In this document: positions 38,524-48,498 of the stretch, piece by piece
How the letters are laid out: every line of letters begins with the position of its first letter
Numbering within the stretch: position 1 is the first letter of the stretch
Source of the DNA: a virus
Taxonomy: Duplodnaviria > Heunggongvirae > Uroviricota > Caudoviricetes
Direction: 5' to 3' (one strand)
DNA length: 64,000 nt
IMG/VR virus record: IMGVR_UViG_3300033067_001661
Span: 128,001-192,000 of that record
Notes under the pieces: generated by a model
The model's database searches: none
The model's input: only the letters and a program-made list of their open reading frames with translations
What the model was told of the DNA's origin: nothing
Translations under genes and position numbers: made by a program

Positions 38524-40170
38524 TTAGGCGGATTGACTGGGGGTGCTTGGAGGCGGGGGAGGTGGCGGAGGTGATGGAGGAACATACACAGAGCCTTCTA
38601 CATAATCAATAGAAAGAATCCCTTCCTTCAATCCAACTTCCGAAGTTTCAAATGATACAGAAAATGTCATAGCATTACCATTATTAGGAATAAGAGTATA
38701 AGGAAATGACGGAAGGCCTGATAACGGCATGCTAGCAGAAGAAGAAGTGACAGAATTTATAATCAAATTCTTGTAAATACCTGAATTCTTCAACACAAAA
38801 TATCTTGACAACGAACGGTCTCTTTCAACGGTTCCAAAATCTGTTTCTTGACCATCAACAAGAACCGAATCAGAAGATCCAGAAGAAAAGCCCTCGCTAA
38901 ACTCAATCTTCGATTGTTGCAGAACGGCATAAGTAAGAGTAAAATCATAAACAGAGTTAGTTCTGCTATTAGAAACTATTTGAACACTAATAGATTTACT
39001 ACCTTCAACATTGGTTGATAAGTTGATATTGATATTACCATAAAACGATGGCGGTATAACAGTACCAGGTCCAATAGAACCCGAAGAAAGATTACCGTCT
39101 TCACCGATGGTAACTGATGATATTATCAACGAACTTGAGCCTGTATTATAAACTCTAATTGTAATAACAGTTGTAACACCAATCGGGAATGAAGACAAAG
39201 AAAAAGAAGATCCTTCAACTATTGTATTACCCTGGTAGGACGGAGCAATAGTTGAAAACAAATCTGGGCCAGTTGAAGTTACTGAAAATTGATAACCAAA
39301 AGCAAACCGGCTTATCAATGCATTGCTTTCAACAACTACCGTATCCTCATTAGGGCCTTGAATTTGTGAAAAATACTCAAATGATATTGGAAGAAATTCG
39401 CCTTTCTGAATTTCAGTAATAACTGTAGGCCATGATTCGGCCTCAAATGTAATATATCTATTTTCTGATGAAATTCCACCTTGCGGTATAATGATTTTCT
39501 CATCACCAACGTTATAAAGGTAAAACTTATCTCCACCTGGTTGCTTGATAATATCAGGCAAAGAGGTCGAATCTTTATCTTCCATAACAAAACCAGATTC
39601 AGTTACGGCAAGTAGATAACCAATTTCTGTAGAATTTATTATCTCAATCTCAATTGAATATACTCGTATTTCAACAGTTTCCTGTAAAGGGTTGGTTCCG
39701 TCAAAAGACAGTACAAAATCAAATTTGTCTGAAGATAAATCTTCATCAACTGGTATGTTATTCAAGTAAAAAGAAACTACCGCTGTCTTAATTAAACCTT
39801 CACTATCATCATTTGTAATTCCGTTAACGATTTGAGAATTTAGCTCAAGGTCACCTCCGTCAATTGCAACATAAGGCTGCAAAGAGATAGAAGCTCCCCC
39901 GCCTTTAGTACAATCAAAAGAATACTTAACCTTAAACTTCAAAGCGGCAGTTGTTGGATACTGTGCTATAAACTCGGCAATTTTTACATTTTTGAAATTA
40001 TACGCAATATGTTCTGTTGTAAAAGACTCTTTCTCGGACTGTACAGAAGCCCAAACATCATTAAGAGGATTCTCGCCGAGACTATCAGTAACGTTGCTCC
40101 AAGTCTCTCCCTCTTTTGTTGTCAAGAGATCTAAGTCTTCAGCAAATGAGTTATAATTAGGGGCTGCCAT
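38524..40170 (-). CDS. choice-of-anchor D / ASH-type Ig domain protein with poly-Pro tail (548 aa)
   Basis: IRVYNTGSSSLIISSV, DFGTVE...FVLKNSG..NLII; C-terminal PPSPPPPPPPP. Confidence 0.75.
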   Translation of the reverse strand: MAAPNYNSFAEDLDLLTTKEGETWSNVTDSLGENPLNDVWASVQSEKESFTTEHIAYNFKNVKIAEFIAQYPTTAALKFKVKYSFDCTKGGGASISLQPYVAIDGGDLELNSQIVNGITNDDSEGLIKTAVVSFYLNNIPVDEDLSSDKFDFVLSFDGTNPLQETVEIRVYSIEIEIINSTEIGYLLAVTESGFVMEDKDSTSLPDIIKQPGGDKFYLYNVGDEKIIIPQGGISSENRYITFEAESWPTVITEIQKGEFLPISFEYFSQIQGPNEDTVVVESNALISRFAFGYQFSVTSTGPDLFSTIAPSYQGNTIVEGSSFSLSSFPIGVTTVITIRVYNTGSSSLIISSVTIGEDGNLSSGSIGPGTVIPPSFYGNININLSTNVEGSKSISVQIVSNSRTNSVYDFTLTYAVLQQSKIEFSEGFSSGSSDSVLVDGQETDFGTVERDRSLSRYFVLKNSGIYKNLIINSVTSSSASMPLSGLPSFPYTLIPNNGNAMTFSVSFETSEVGLKEGILSIDYVEGSVYVPPSPPPPPPPPSTPSQSA

Positions 40171-40181
40171 AAATTAAATCC

Positions 40182-41279
40182 TTACGCAGAAACTTCCCAT
40201 TGTATTCTTAGAGATGCATTCCTTTTACCTAAAACTGAAGAATCAAATCTAGTAGTAAACTGAACTGAATTTCCATTATTAGGTTCTAAAACAAAAGGAA
40301 GAGAAGGCAAACCTACGAGGATAGCGCTTCCGTCAACAAGTATATTTGTTACTCGAATACCATAAGAAATGCCGCCATTTTCAAGCGTAATTGTCTTATT
40401 GATTACACTTTTATGATTGAAAGATCCAAGGTTAACTGCATCCCCATCAAATACTTCATTTGAAGACTGTTGTACCTCTAAGCTAAATGGCTTAGCAATC
40501 TCATATATAACAGTAAATACAAATGGATTTTCGTCAGGATCATTTGATGTAACAACAACAACAAATGATTTTTGACCCAAAGAAGCTGTATCCAAAGAAA
40601 CAGTAAGTGTTACATTAGAATTGAAAGATAAATTAACCGCTGAAGATTCTGAAGGATCTGTAATAACAGTTTCATCTCCCTGTATAGAGGTTACGCTAAT
40701 GCCTCCCTGAGGAATAGTAAGTGTAGGAATTGCGTAGTTATATATCTGAAAATTCACAAGACCAACACTTTCTTGAGCAAACTTACCAACATCAATAGAC
40801 GATTGTTGCTGGATGCTACCTGCACTATAAAGAATGGCTATGTCAGGATATGAAACAGAAGGAGCGGTAACTGAAAACAAAAACGTATACTTAAATTCAG
40901 AGTTTGTTGCATCATTAGAAACAACAAACAAGGTTACACCCTTATTGCCAACAACAGATGTATCTATGTATATTTTTACAAAGATACCTTCTTGCGGCAA
41001 TATATCATAGGGCAATTCAATAGCTTCATCTTCATTTACGCTGTAAACTGGTCCGTCTTTTTTGAAGCCAAATATCTTCTCAGAAGTTCCAGACCCGTCA
41101 GTTTTTATACCATCTGAAGGTATAAAAACAGGAGCGGACGAGTCTTTATTAACAATAAAAACGTAAAAAGAGAACGTTGTATTCTGAACAAACGAACCTA
41201 AAGAAAGACTTCCTTCGTCAAAGAGTTCTTCGCCCTCACTTGAAGGACCGAAAATGTATTTTAGTTCGCCACTTGCCAT
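40182..41279 (-). CDS. choice-of-anchor D / ASH-type Ig repeat protein (365 aa, three repeats)
   Basis: VVSNDATNSEFKYTF, VTSNDPDENPFVFTV, ITLENGG; AAGGAG SD. Confidence 0.8.
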   Translation of the reverse strand: MASGELKYIFGPSSEGEELFDEGSLSLGSFVQNTTFSFYVFIVNKDSSAPVFIPSDGIKTDGSGTSEKIFGFKKDGPVYSVNEDEAIELPYDILPQEGIFVKIYIDTSVVGNKGVTLFVVSNDATNSEFKYTFLFSVTAPSVSYPDIAILYSAGSIQQQSSIDVGKFAQESVGLVNFQIYNYAIPTLTIPQGGISVTSIQGDETVITDPSESSAVNLSFNSNVTLTVSLDTASLGQKSFVVVVTSNDPDENPFVFTVIYEIAKPFSLEVQQSSNEVFDGDAVNLGSFNHKSVINKTITLENGGISYGIRVTNILVDGSAILVGLPSLPFVLEPNNGNSVQFTTRFDSSVLGKRNASLRIQWEVSA

Positions 41280-41319
41280 TCAAGACTCCTTAATTCAATA
41301 TCGTCTTAGCCCTATATTA

Positions 41320-41460
41320 TCAACCACCCTGAAGTCCACCTGAGCCTCCTGAGCCTCCACCATTACCGCCTGAGCCATTGCCGCCCGAACCGCCGCCATC
41401 CGGACTGCCACTTCCTTCATAACCAATGTTGTTATTTATAGGGCCAGGTCCGCCTCCAAA
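41320..41460 (-). repeat. Gly/Ser/Asn-rich coding tail of the 2392-aa protein
   Basis: GGGSGGNGSGGNGGGSGGSGG. Confidence 0.7.
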
Positions 41461-44400
41461 CCAATCCGAAGATTCGCCTATACCAAACTTTCTTGTCTTA
41501 TAGTAATCAGGATTACCAAAAGAACCCTTTACATCGCTAGCTGTATACTTTTCTCTGAAAACAGTAAAGTTATTGAAAATTGATACGCTTTGATCAAGAG
41601 TTCCACTTGTTGTCAAAGATATAGATCTTGTTATTGAATCAGAAGAACCACACTGACCAGGTATGTCAAGCGTTATAATGCCAATGCCGTCAATGTTTAT
41701 GATACCATCATCCGCAAAGACACTAAACGTTCCTCTATATACTCCATCTCTTATTTTCTCAACAACAATACCAGTTTGATCATTAATACCTTGCTGATAA
41801 ACATTCATAAGAATACTTGACGAAAGCCCAAGTCTTTCAACAGACTTCAATCTTTCTAACAAAGCAATCTTTTGCTTATCTCTAAACTCAATTCTAGCAT
41901 ATATTGTAGAAACTTCAGTTATATCATCAGATATAGAAGAAAGGTTGCTATTATCTATAACGCTTTCGGTCTTTGATTTACTTACAACAGGATAGCTCTT
42001 GAATTTAGGAACTGGCTGAGAAAAATCTTCGTCAAAGAACAAATCTATTTTGTATTCAAAAGAGTCATACAAAGCCATGAAGTCAACACAAAACGATTCA
42101 GTCTTACCAAAGAAGGTCAAAACCTCACAACAGATTCTCTTAACACCATTACCTGAAGAAGCAACCCAAGGAGCTACAAATCTATTCCTTTCAACGAAGT
42201 ACGCTCTAAAGAAATCTCTTTCAGCAGGGGTTGCAGCCGTATCTTTTTGAGTTTGCTCTGGAAGATCAGGTCCAATAGGAATCCATTCAGACCAATCTTC
42301 GTCGGTTTCATTTCTAAGTCTATAAGCATAAGTTCCAGGAACGCCTATTATGTCAAGTTCAACAAAGCAATCCGTTATAACTGGTATTGGAGTATTAACA
42401 TCAAGGTATGTTGAATACGCAACGCTTCCTGGAGATATTCTAACCTTCTGATATTGATCAACCGTTCTATCTGGCGCTCCGCCAACAACAAAGAAAGATG
42501 GATCAGTTTCGTCCGTAAACATACAAGGCAAAATCAAATCCTTATTCTTTGCGGTAAATTTACAACCCAAACTGCATGACTGATTGTAAACCTTCTTCCC
42601 GTCATGAAGAGTTAGATTGATATTCTGAAATGGATCAATGAAAACAGAAGCATCATACAAATACTTTTCAGTTTCAGAGAAATATGTCAATCTTCTATCA
42701 TAACCACCTTGACCAGAACACTGGAAATTATCATTTTCAGCATCATAAAGAGCCATGAAATAATCAGGAGAAGATGGAGACTGACTATCTAATAGTCTCG
42801 CATATCTAAAATCTTGCCATATAACGTAGAAAATATCATTCTCTGTTACAGATATCTTCGGGAAAAGGCAGTTACCATCTGCAAGAGAAATCCTAAAGTC
42901 TTCAAAACCTTGACCGCTTGAAAGCCAATTCTGAGAGTCATAATCAGTCTTCCAAAAATCAGAAGCAGTCTTTTCGCAAGGACATAGAAGCTCGTATTCT
43001 GATTCAACAAAGAAGCTTCCATTCCTGTAGCTTTCAATAACAACTCTATAAGGAATACCACAAAGCAATGGCTGTCTAACAACACTCGAAGGAGTTAATG
43101 TTGTCTTTGTTTGCGATTCATAAAACTCAAATGGCAATATTTCTGGCGAATAAATAACGCTTATAGACTGACCAGGTTCTACACTAACACCGCTTGAAGG
43201 AAATGAGGAAGACGAAGAGAACCAATTAAGAGTATCAGTCTTTGTAAATGATGACATAACAAGATTCGTCTTTTCAGGATCAGCGTAAAAGCTTACTCTA
43301 AAATGAATATCTTCAGCAACGTCTGAGTTGTTTGAGAATGAACAACTTACGTCGCATCGAGAAGACTGCTTCGATGGACAATAATAAACAAACTGATTTT
43401 CTCCAACAACCGAAGTATTATCAAGCAAAATAACCCTTATCTGGTCTATAACAGGATTTGTATACAAGAATAAATCAAGAGTCTTCCTATCTGCGGATAC
43501 GGTGATGGTATCATTATTTTCAACACCTGCACCACCGCCACCAGGATAAGTAACACCAGGATGACCAAATACCGAGTTTGTAGATCCAAGCTTAGAGCCT
43601 GAAATAAACAACGCTAATATTGGAGAATTAAACTTAACTTTTGCAGTTACGCTTCCCTCTGAACCTTCAGGGTCAAAATGCAACAAAACGCTTCTTATTT
43701 TTTGACCAACCTCAACGCCTGGCAACTCAGTTAAAGAACCGGCAAAAGAAACACCACTATACCCACTTGTATTGAGAGAAGCCAAGCTCTGAGCAGCCAC
43801 CTCAACAGGAGATTCATCCTCAAACTCAAGAAGCGCTCTAACCTCGTTTGATTTTTCAAGTCTACCAGTTTTCAAATTAAGACCGGAATATGGTCGCAAA
43901 ATAGCAATATTCTGTGACGCAACAACATCAATGATGTTTGAGTTGATTTCGTATTCAACAACAGCGTATAAAACTCTTCCAGTTATATTGTCTTCATTAG
44001 ATGGAGTGTAAGAAACAAGATATTGTGTTTCATCAATAGCTGATAAGCCATTGTAAGATATTTGCTTATTATCAACTCTCCATCCATTTATAGATTCTTT
44101 AGAAGATATTCTCTTATACAAAATAGAGTAATCCTTATCTTCGTAAAAGCTAATATTGAAATGGAATAAACTTGTTTCTGTAGCAAGGAATGTAAACTCA
44201 ACAGCACAATTGAGTTGACTAATTGGCAAAACATCAGCATCGTAATAAGGATCTATAGACGAATTCCATTTGTACAAGAACTCATCTACCTCGTCTTGTT
44301 TACAACGATCAACAAGCATTTGATCGGGAACCTTAGACATAGCCGCATAGATTTGATATTTACCGCTTCTAGCGTCTTGCCATGCGATAAGTCTTCTACC

Positions 44401-47400
44401 AACTCCGTCTACGCAAACTGATGGATTAACGCTATTGCTTTTTGAATCAGATATCTTTGTGTCAAATCTAAACGGATTGTTTCTAAGTCTTGAACCACCA
44501 TAATAAACATTCCAATAATCATCTCTATTTGACTGCCAAGCAATATGAATCTTATCAATCTTATCTATGAAAATGTCGGCGCTCTTGTTTTGATAATCAT
44601 TAGAAAGCGTTATTGGTATTTGAGTAAAGTTATTTGTTACATTAAGACTGTAATTTAGATCAAACTCAGGCTGATCAACAAGAAGGCTTTCTGCTGTTGT
44701 AAACGAATCAAGTTCATCATTTAGATCTTCTTCCGCTATAACCATTACAGCGTCTATCTGAGGACCATACTGGACATCCCTTCCGTCATTAAACTGATTA
44801 GACGCATTTTCAAGCTTTATAGTTGTAGTTGTTGAAGTTGCAACAAAACTCATGGAAACTGTTTTCCAATTCATCACAGAAGGGCCTGTTGCGTTTATTG
44901 TAGTAGAAAAAGTCTTTGATGTTGTTCCTAGAGTTGCTTTGACTTTTTTGGTAACAGAACTTCCTTGAACATAACTTTCTGGCTGATTTGCTAGGTCGAA
45001 GAAAACCCAATACTTCTTTCCAACGGTCGTTGCAAAAGAATTTGTTATAAATCCTCTTTGAACTGTCGGAGAAGATAGACCAGTAAGTTCCATCCAACTT
45101 GTTCTATCAGAAGCGCTAAAACCAATCTCTGTATTTGGAATAACCGTTGGCGTTCTTCTATACAAAGCGCCATAGCTAACCGTCCATCCAGTTACAGATT
45201 CGTAACCATTATATAGAGGCAACGAATCCTGATAAGGCATAACCGTTTCTTCAAACGAACCATTTGAAAGTATGTTCTTAACAACATCTGGAACAACCAT
45301 CTGCGCTACATCTCTTTCAAACTCGCTAAAATCAATGTATGAAGGATCAAGAACTAGAGTATGCGGACTTATAGATAGGTTTGCAAAAATCTGCTTTACA
45401 TTTCCGCTCTCATACATATTGCCCTTATAAGGTGTTGACTCATTAATTGAAAAGCCTGATCCAGGAGGAATACCCAAGGCAATATCAAACTTTCTAATCT
45501 GATCAGAAAAATCAGCCAAGAAACTAGAAGCACAAATAATTTTGTTGTTTAGAGAAACAACAATATCCCCGTAATATCTATATTCATTAGCAAAAGCTTC
45601 TCTATCTCTCTTCATAACACCATTTATGTGATCGCTTCCGGCTTTCGCATAATGGACAGAGATCTTAACTTTTTCAGCAGTTGAGAAATCAACATATCCA
45701 TCGAGTAATCTCTTGATAAGATATGTCTTTTTAGCAACTTGGCCTGTTGATTCGTTTTCGCATGTAGCCAACAATAAAGCAAGCTTGTATCTACCTGTAT
45801 TTAGTTCGTATTCTATTTCGTTTGTAAAGCCTTCGCAATCAGATAGCTCAAGTTCGTTTCTTTCGCAAAACTGAGCAAATGTTTCCGTATTCTTAGCCTT
45901 GAATCTAATCTTCTCTGGAATAATAGCAAGCATCCAATGCTTTACATTTGCAGGATTAGCAAGAGACATTCTCTCGTCATACGATGTATAAACAAGAGAC
46001 TGTCTATGAGGAACATCATCAACAACTGCTCCTCCGCTATTTATTTCTATGCTTGAACCGTCAAGCTTGAAAGCACCGCATACTGGTATGAAGTTTTCAT
46101 AAAAAGCCTCATAAGAATCTATAGTGTAAAGGTTCTTGTTCTTAGAATACTTGTAATTACCTGCTGGAGTAAATCCGCTCTTCCATTCTGCAAACTTTGC
46201 TGCTATTTCTTTATCCGTAAGAACGCCAGTTGATAAGTATGGCATCCAAAGGTCAAAAGAAACCTGATAGCTAAGCTGCGCAAAATTCGCAGGGAAATCA
46301 TTTCCAAACTCGTCTTTGGAAAGAGAGTAATAAGCCATAGCAGTATCTTTAGAGCAATCTCCTTCTATAGCAACATAACTTCTGTCGTAAACGGAAACTT
46401 TACCATCATTTGCTATCATTCTAGAAAATGGACTCTGAAGTTTAACTGTTGGCTCTGTAATGGAATACAAATCAACATCTGCTCCAGAAAGAACATTCTT
46501 ATCAAGTATGGACATTAAAATCTGATTATTTACTGGTTTAGCGGACGGTCCAAGAACAGAGTAATACAACTGAGTTGGACCAATCCTGTCTGATTCCCAA
46601 ACAATATGCAGATTTCCAACGCTATCGCATTTTATCTTAGCATTCTTGTTCTCACCAAGTTGAGTTAACTGTTTCCATTGATTATTCTCAACAGACTGAC
46701 CAACTCTAAATGAGTAATAGAATAACTGATAGATTCCATCAACAGGAGCCTGACAAACAACGTAAGCTATTTCCTCTCCTGTATCTTCAATCTTTCTGGA
46801 AGCTATAACAGGATAAGCGCAACTAACCTCTCTATTGAATATGTCATAAACATAAGGCAAGGGATTGACTTCAATTAAGTCATTTTCTGGAAGTTCTTTT
46901 GTTGAATCAACAATAACAAACTTCTGACAATATATACTTTCATAAATGTTTGGACCAATATCATTATTGAATCCATCAGGAACTTCTATTCTTATAAGAT
47001 TGTTTACCATGTCCCTACTAGATATTTCATGGGATTGATAACCAACCTTAGGCGTCAAGAAAACAACAGTATTACCTGAATCCTTTATAGCAGAAGAGTC
47101 AACCAATAGCTCAAGAGTCTTATTGCTCTTTAACTGAACCTCAAGAGTTCCGCTACCAGTATAAACATCCGATCTGATAGTGAATCTTGTATCAGACTTG
47201 ATTTCTATAAAATCACCCTGGTCAACAGCCTTAATCGAATAAAGCCTACATCTTAGGTCATTATTGATTAGTTCAACAAACGAAGTTATAAGCTCAGAAA
47301 GAGTTCCCAAAATAGTAGTGTACTGTATTTCAAAAACAGCACCATCATCAACTCTAAACGTAATACCATACTTCTGATCAACAGCGACTCCGCTCGGAAT

Positions 47401-48498
47401 TGCTGTGTGATAGAACTTTGGTGGCTTAAGAATAGAACCATCCCTAACAGGATTACCATTGTACTTCAAAGAACTTGGCAAATTAGCAATAAAAACTCTA
47501 CTAGAAAGAGTTGGAAAAGCATTCTCGTCGCTCTCAAAAGTTTCTTGAGAACTAAAAACAACAAGACCAGATCCATTAGACAATGATGTTGAAGAAGTTG
47601 AATTGTAAATCCTACATACAGAATCATTATCTACAGGATAAACCTCTTTCAAATCGGAACAAAATCCTATCTTTGAATTGTAAAACGCTGATTCGTCGTC
47701 AAATATGGATATTGAACCAACAACGGCTCCGTCAACGCAAAAGTCATCAAGTTTTTCAAGCTTCAAACCCTGACCAGGTATGGGGTCAAGAATTGCGCAT
47801 TCAGGAGCCTCTGGGTCATTAGTTGCTTGAAGAGCTTTCATCTCTTCGGGAACAAAGTGAATAAAAGAACCAGAGTCATACGTTTCAGCATGCTTATCAG
47901 CAGACTTTGAATACCTAATTGGGAACTTTTGCAACGTTCCCGAAGAAGCAGAAGATCCAGTTAGAACGTCTATCGCTCTAAACGAAATCGAACCCTCTCC
48001 GCTATAGTTCGATTTAACGATAAACTTCTTGTCATTTACGATAACATGAAGACTTGAGTTTGGCTGAGTATGAACCTTGATTGTTGCTTTCTCTTGCAAA
48101 CCAATAAAAGGCGGATACACAGAAATTCTGTCTCCAGTGCTTTTTACTTTTGAACTTTGAACCTGAAAAGCGAACGCTGCAATGTCAGACAGCCTCCAAG
48201 TACCCGACTCTGATTTTTCTTCTACGTTTGCATAAACAGAGATAACACTTGCAGCATCGGCCTCAGAAAGAGCAAGGTCCATTCTTCCTGTAACTTCTGA
48301 TACAGAACCAACAATAATCTTGTCACCAACAACGCTTCCACTAGACAATGTATTAGGCTTCAATACTCTACCAAACGTGGCGTTTTCAAATCCTATTCGA
48401 TAGGTCTTTGACGGAACGAGACCGGAAACAACAAAAGCAATAGCTTTTGTTTCTGCTATTGGAGCGCTGAAAGGTTGTAACTTAAGTTTAGCGGACAC
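41320..48498 (-). CDS. giant multidomain virion protein (2392 aa): discontinuous BNR-type propeller, DUF642/choice-of-anchor-C CBM, FY-x-D repeats, Gly-rich tail
   Basis: HIVWES/HIAWQS/IAWQD/VIWQD blades; NGSFEE...GWTV...YGPQIDAV; GTG start overlapping the GT gene. Confidence 0.85.
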   Translation of the reverse strand: MSAKLKLQPFSAPIAETKAIAFVVSGLVPSKTYRIGFENATFGRVLKPNTLSSGSVVGDKIIVGSVSEVTGRMDLALSEADAASVISVYANVEEKSESGTWRLSDIAAFAFQVQSSKVKSTGDRISVYPPFIGLQEKATIKVHTQPNSSLHVIVNDKKFIVKSNYSGEGSISFRAIDVLTGSSASSGTLQKFPIRYSKSADKHAETYDSGSFIHFVPEEMKALQATNDPEAPECAILDPIPGQGLKLEKLDDFCVDGAVVGSISIFDDESAFYNSKIGFCSDLKEVYPVDNDSVCRIYNSTSSTSLSNGSGLVVFSSQETFESDENAFPTLSSRVFIANLPSSLKYNGNPVRDGSILKPPKFYHTAIPSGVAVDQKYGITFRVDDGAVFEIQYTTILGTLSELITSFVELINNDLRCRLYSIKAVDQGDFIEIKSDTRFTIRSDVYTGSGTLEVQLKSNKTLELLVDSSAIKDSGNTVVFLTPKVGYQSHEISSRDMVNNLIRIEVPDGFNNDIGPNIYESIYCQKFVIVDSTKELPENDLIEVNPLPYVYDIFNREVSCAYPVIASRKIEDTGEEIAYVVCQAPVDGIYQLFYYSFRVGQSVENNQWKQLTQLGENKNAKIKCDSVGNLHIVWESDRIGPTQLYYSVLGPSAKPVNNQILMSILDKNVLSGADVDLYSITEPTVKLQSPFSRMIANDGKVSVYDRSYVAIEGDCSKDTAMAYYSLSKDEFGNDFPANFAQLSYQVSFDLWMPYLSTGVLTDKEIAAKFAEWKSGFTPAGNYKYSKNKNLYTIDSYEAFYENFIPVCGAFKLDGSSIEINSGGAVVDDVPHRQSLVYTSYDERMSLANPANVKHWMLAIIPEKIRFKAKNTETFAQFCERNELELSDCEGFTNEIEYELNTGRYKLALLLATCENESTGQVAKKTYLIKRLLDGYVDFSTAEKVKISVHYAKAGSDHINGVMKRDREAFANEYRYYGDIVVSLNNKIICASSFLADFSDQIRKFDIALGIPPGSGFSINESTPYKGNMYESGNVKQIFANLSISPHTLVLDPSYIDFSEFERDVAQMVVPDVVKNILSNGSFEETVMPYQDSLPLYNGYESVTGWTVSYGALYRRTPTVIPNTEIGFSASDRTSWMELTGLSSPTVQRGFITNSFATTVGKKYWVFFDLANQPESYVQGSSVTKKVKATLGTTSKTFSTTINATGPSVMNWKTVSMSFVATSTTTTIKLENASNQFNDGRDVQYGPQIDAVMVIAEEDLNDELDSFTTAESLLVDQPEFDLNYSLNVTNNFTQIPITLSNDYQNKSADIFIDKIDKIHIAWQSNRDDYWNVYYGGSRLRNNPFRFDTKISDSKSNSVNPSVCVDGVGRRLIAWQDARSGKYQIYAAMSKVPDQMLVDRCKQDEVDEFLYKWNSSIDPYYDADVLPISQLNCAVEFTFLATETSLFHFNISFYEDKDYSILYKRISSKESINGWRVDNKQISYNGLSAIDETQYLVSYTPSNEDNITGRVLYAVVEYEINSNIIDVVASQNIAILRPYSGLNLKTGRLEKSNEVRALLEFEDESPVEVAAQSLASLNTSGYSGVSFAGSLTELPGVEVGQKIRSVLLHFDPEGSEGSVTAKVKFNSPILALFISGSKLGSTNSVFGHPGVTYPGGGGAGVENNDTITVSADRKTLDLFLYTNPVIDQIRVILLDNTSVVGENQFVYYCPSKQSSRCDVSCSFSNNSDVAEDIHFRVSFYADPEKTNLVMSSFTKTDTLNWFSSSSSFPSSGVSVEPGQSISVIYSPEILPFEFYESQTKTTLTPSSVVRQPLLCGIPYRVVIESYRNGSFFVESEYELLCPCEKTASDFWKTDYDSQNWLSSGQGFEDFRISLADGNCLFPKISVTENDIFYVIWQDFRYARLLDSQSPSSPDYFMALYDAENDNFQCSGQGGYDRRLTYFSETEKYLYDASVFIDPFQNINLTLHDGKKVYNQSCSLGCKFTAKNKDLILPCMFTDETDPSFFVVGGAPDRTVDQYQKVRISPGSVAYSTYLDVNTPIPVITDCFVELDIIGVPGTYAYRLRNETDEDWSEWIPIGPDLPEQTQKDTAATPAERDFFRAYFVERNRFVAPWVASSGNGVKRICCEVLTFFGKTESFCVDFMALYDSFEYKIDLFFDEDFSQPVPKFKSYPVVSKSKTESVIDNSNLSSISDDITEVSTIYARIEFRDKQKIALLERLKSVERLGLSSSILMNVYQQGINDQTGIVVEKIRDGVYRGTFSVFADDGIINIDGIGIITLDIPGQCGSSDSITRSISLTTSGTLDQSVSIFNNFTVFREKYTASDVKGSFGNPDYYKTRKFGIGESSDWFGGGPGPINNNIGYEGSGSPDGGGSGGNGSGGNGGGSGGSGGLQGG

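Noticed and set aside
41280-41319. AAGAC...GTCTT inverted repeat next to the AAGGAG SD, and a possible promoter in this gap
   Set aside because: Only a 5-6 bp stem, and no convincing shared motif with the gap at 1573-1605.
5559-48498. Inteins or introns as the cause of the split domains
   Set aside because: I saw no intein splicing motifs or LAGLIDADG blocks at the insert boundaries, and the inserts are ordinary adhesin-type domains.
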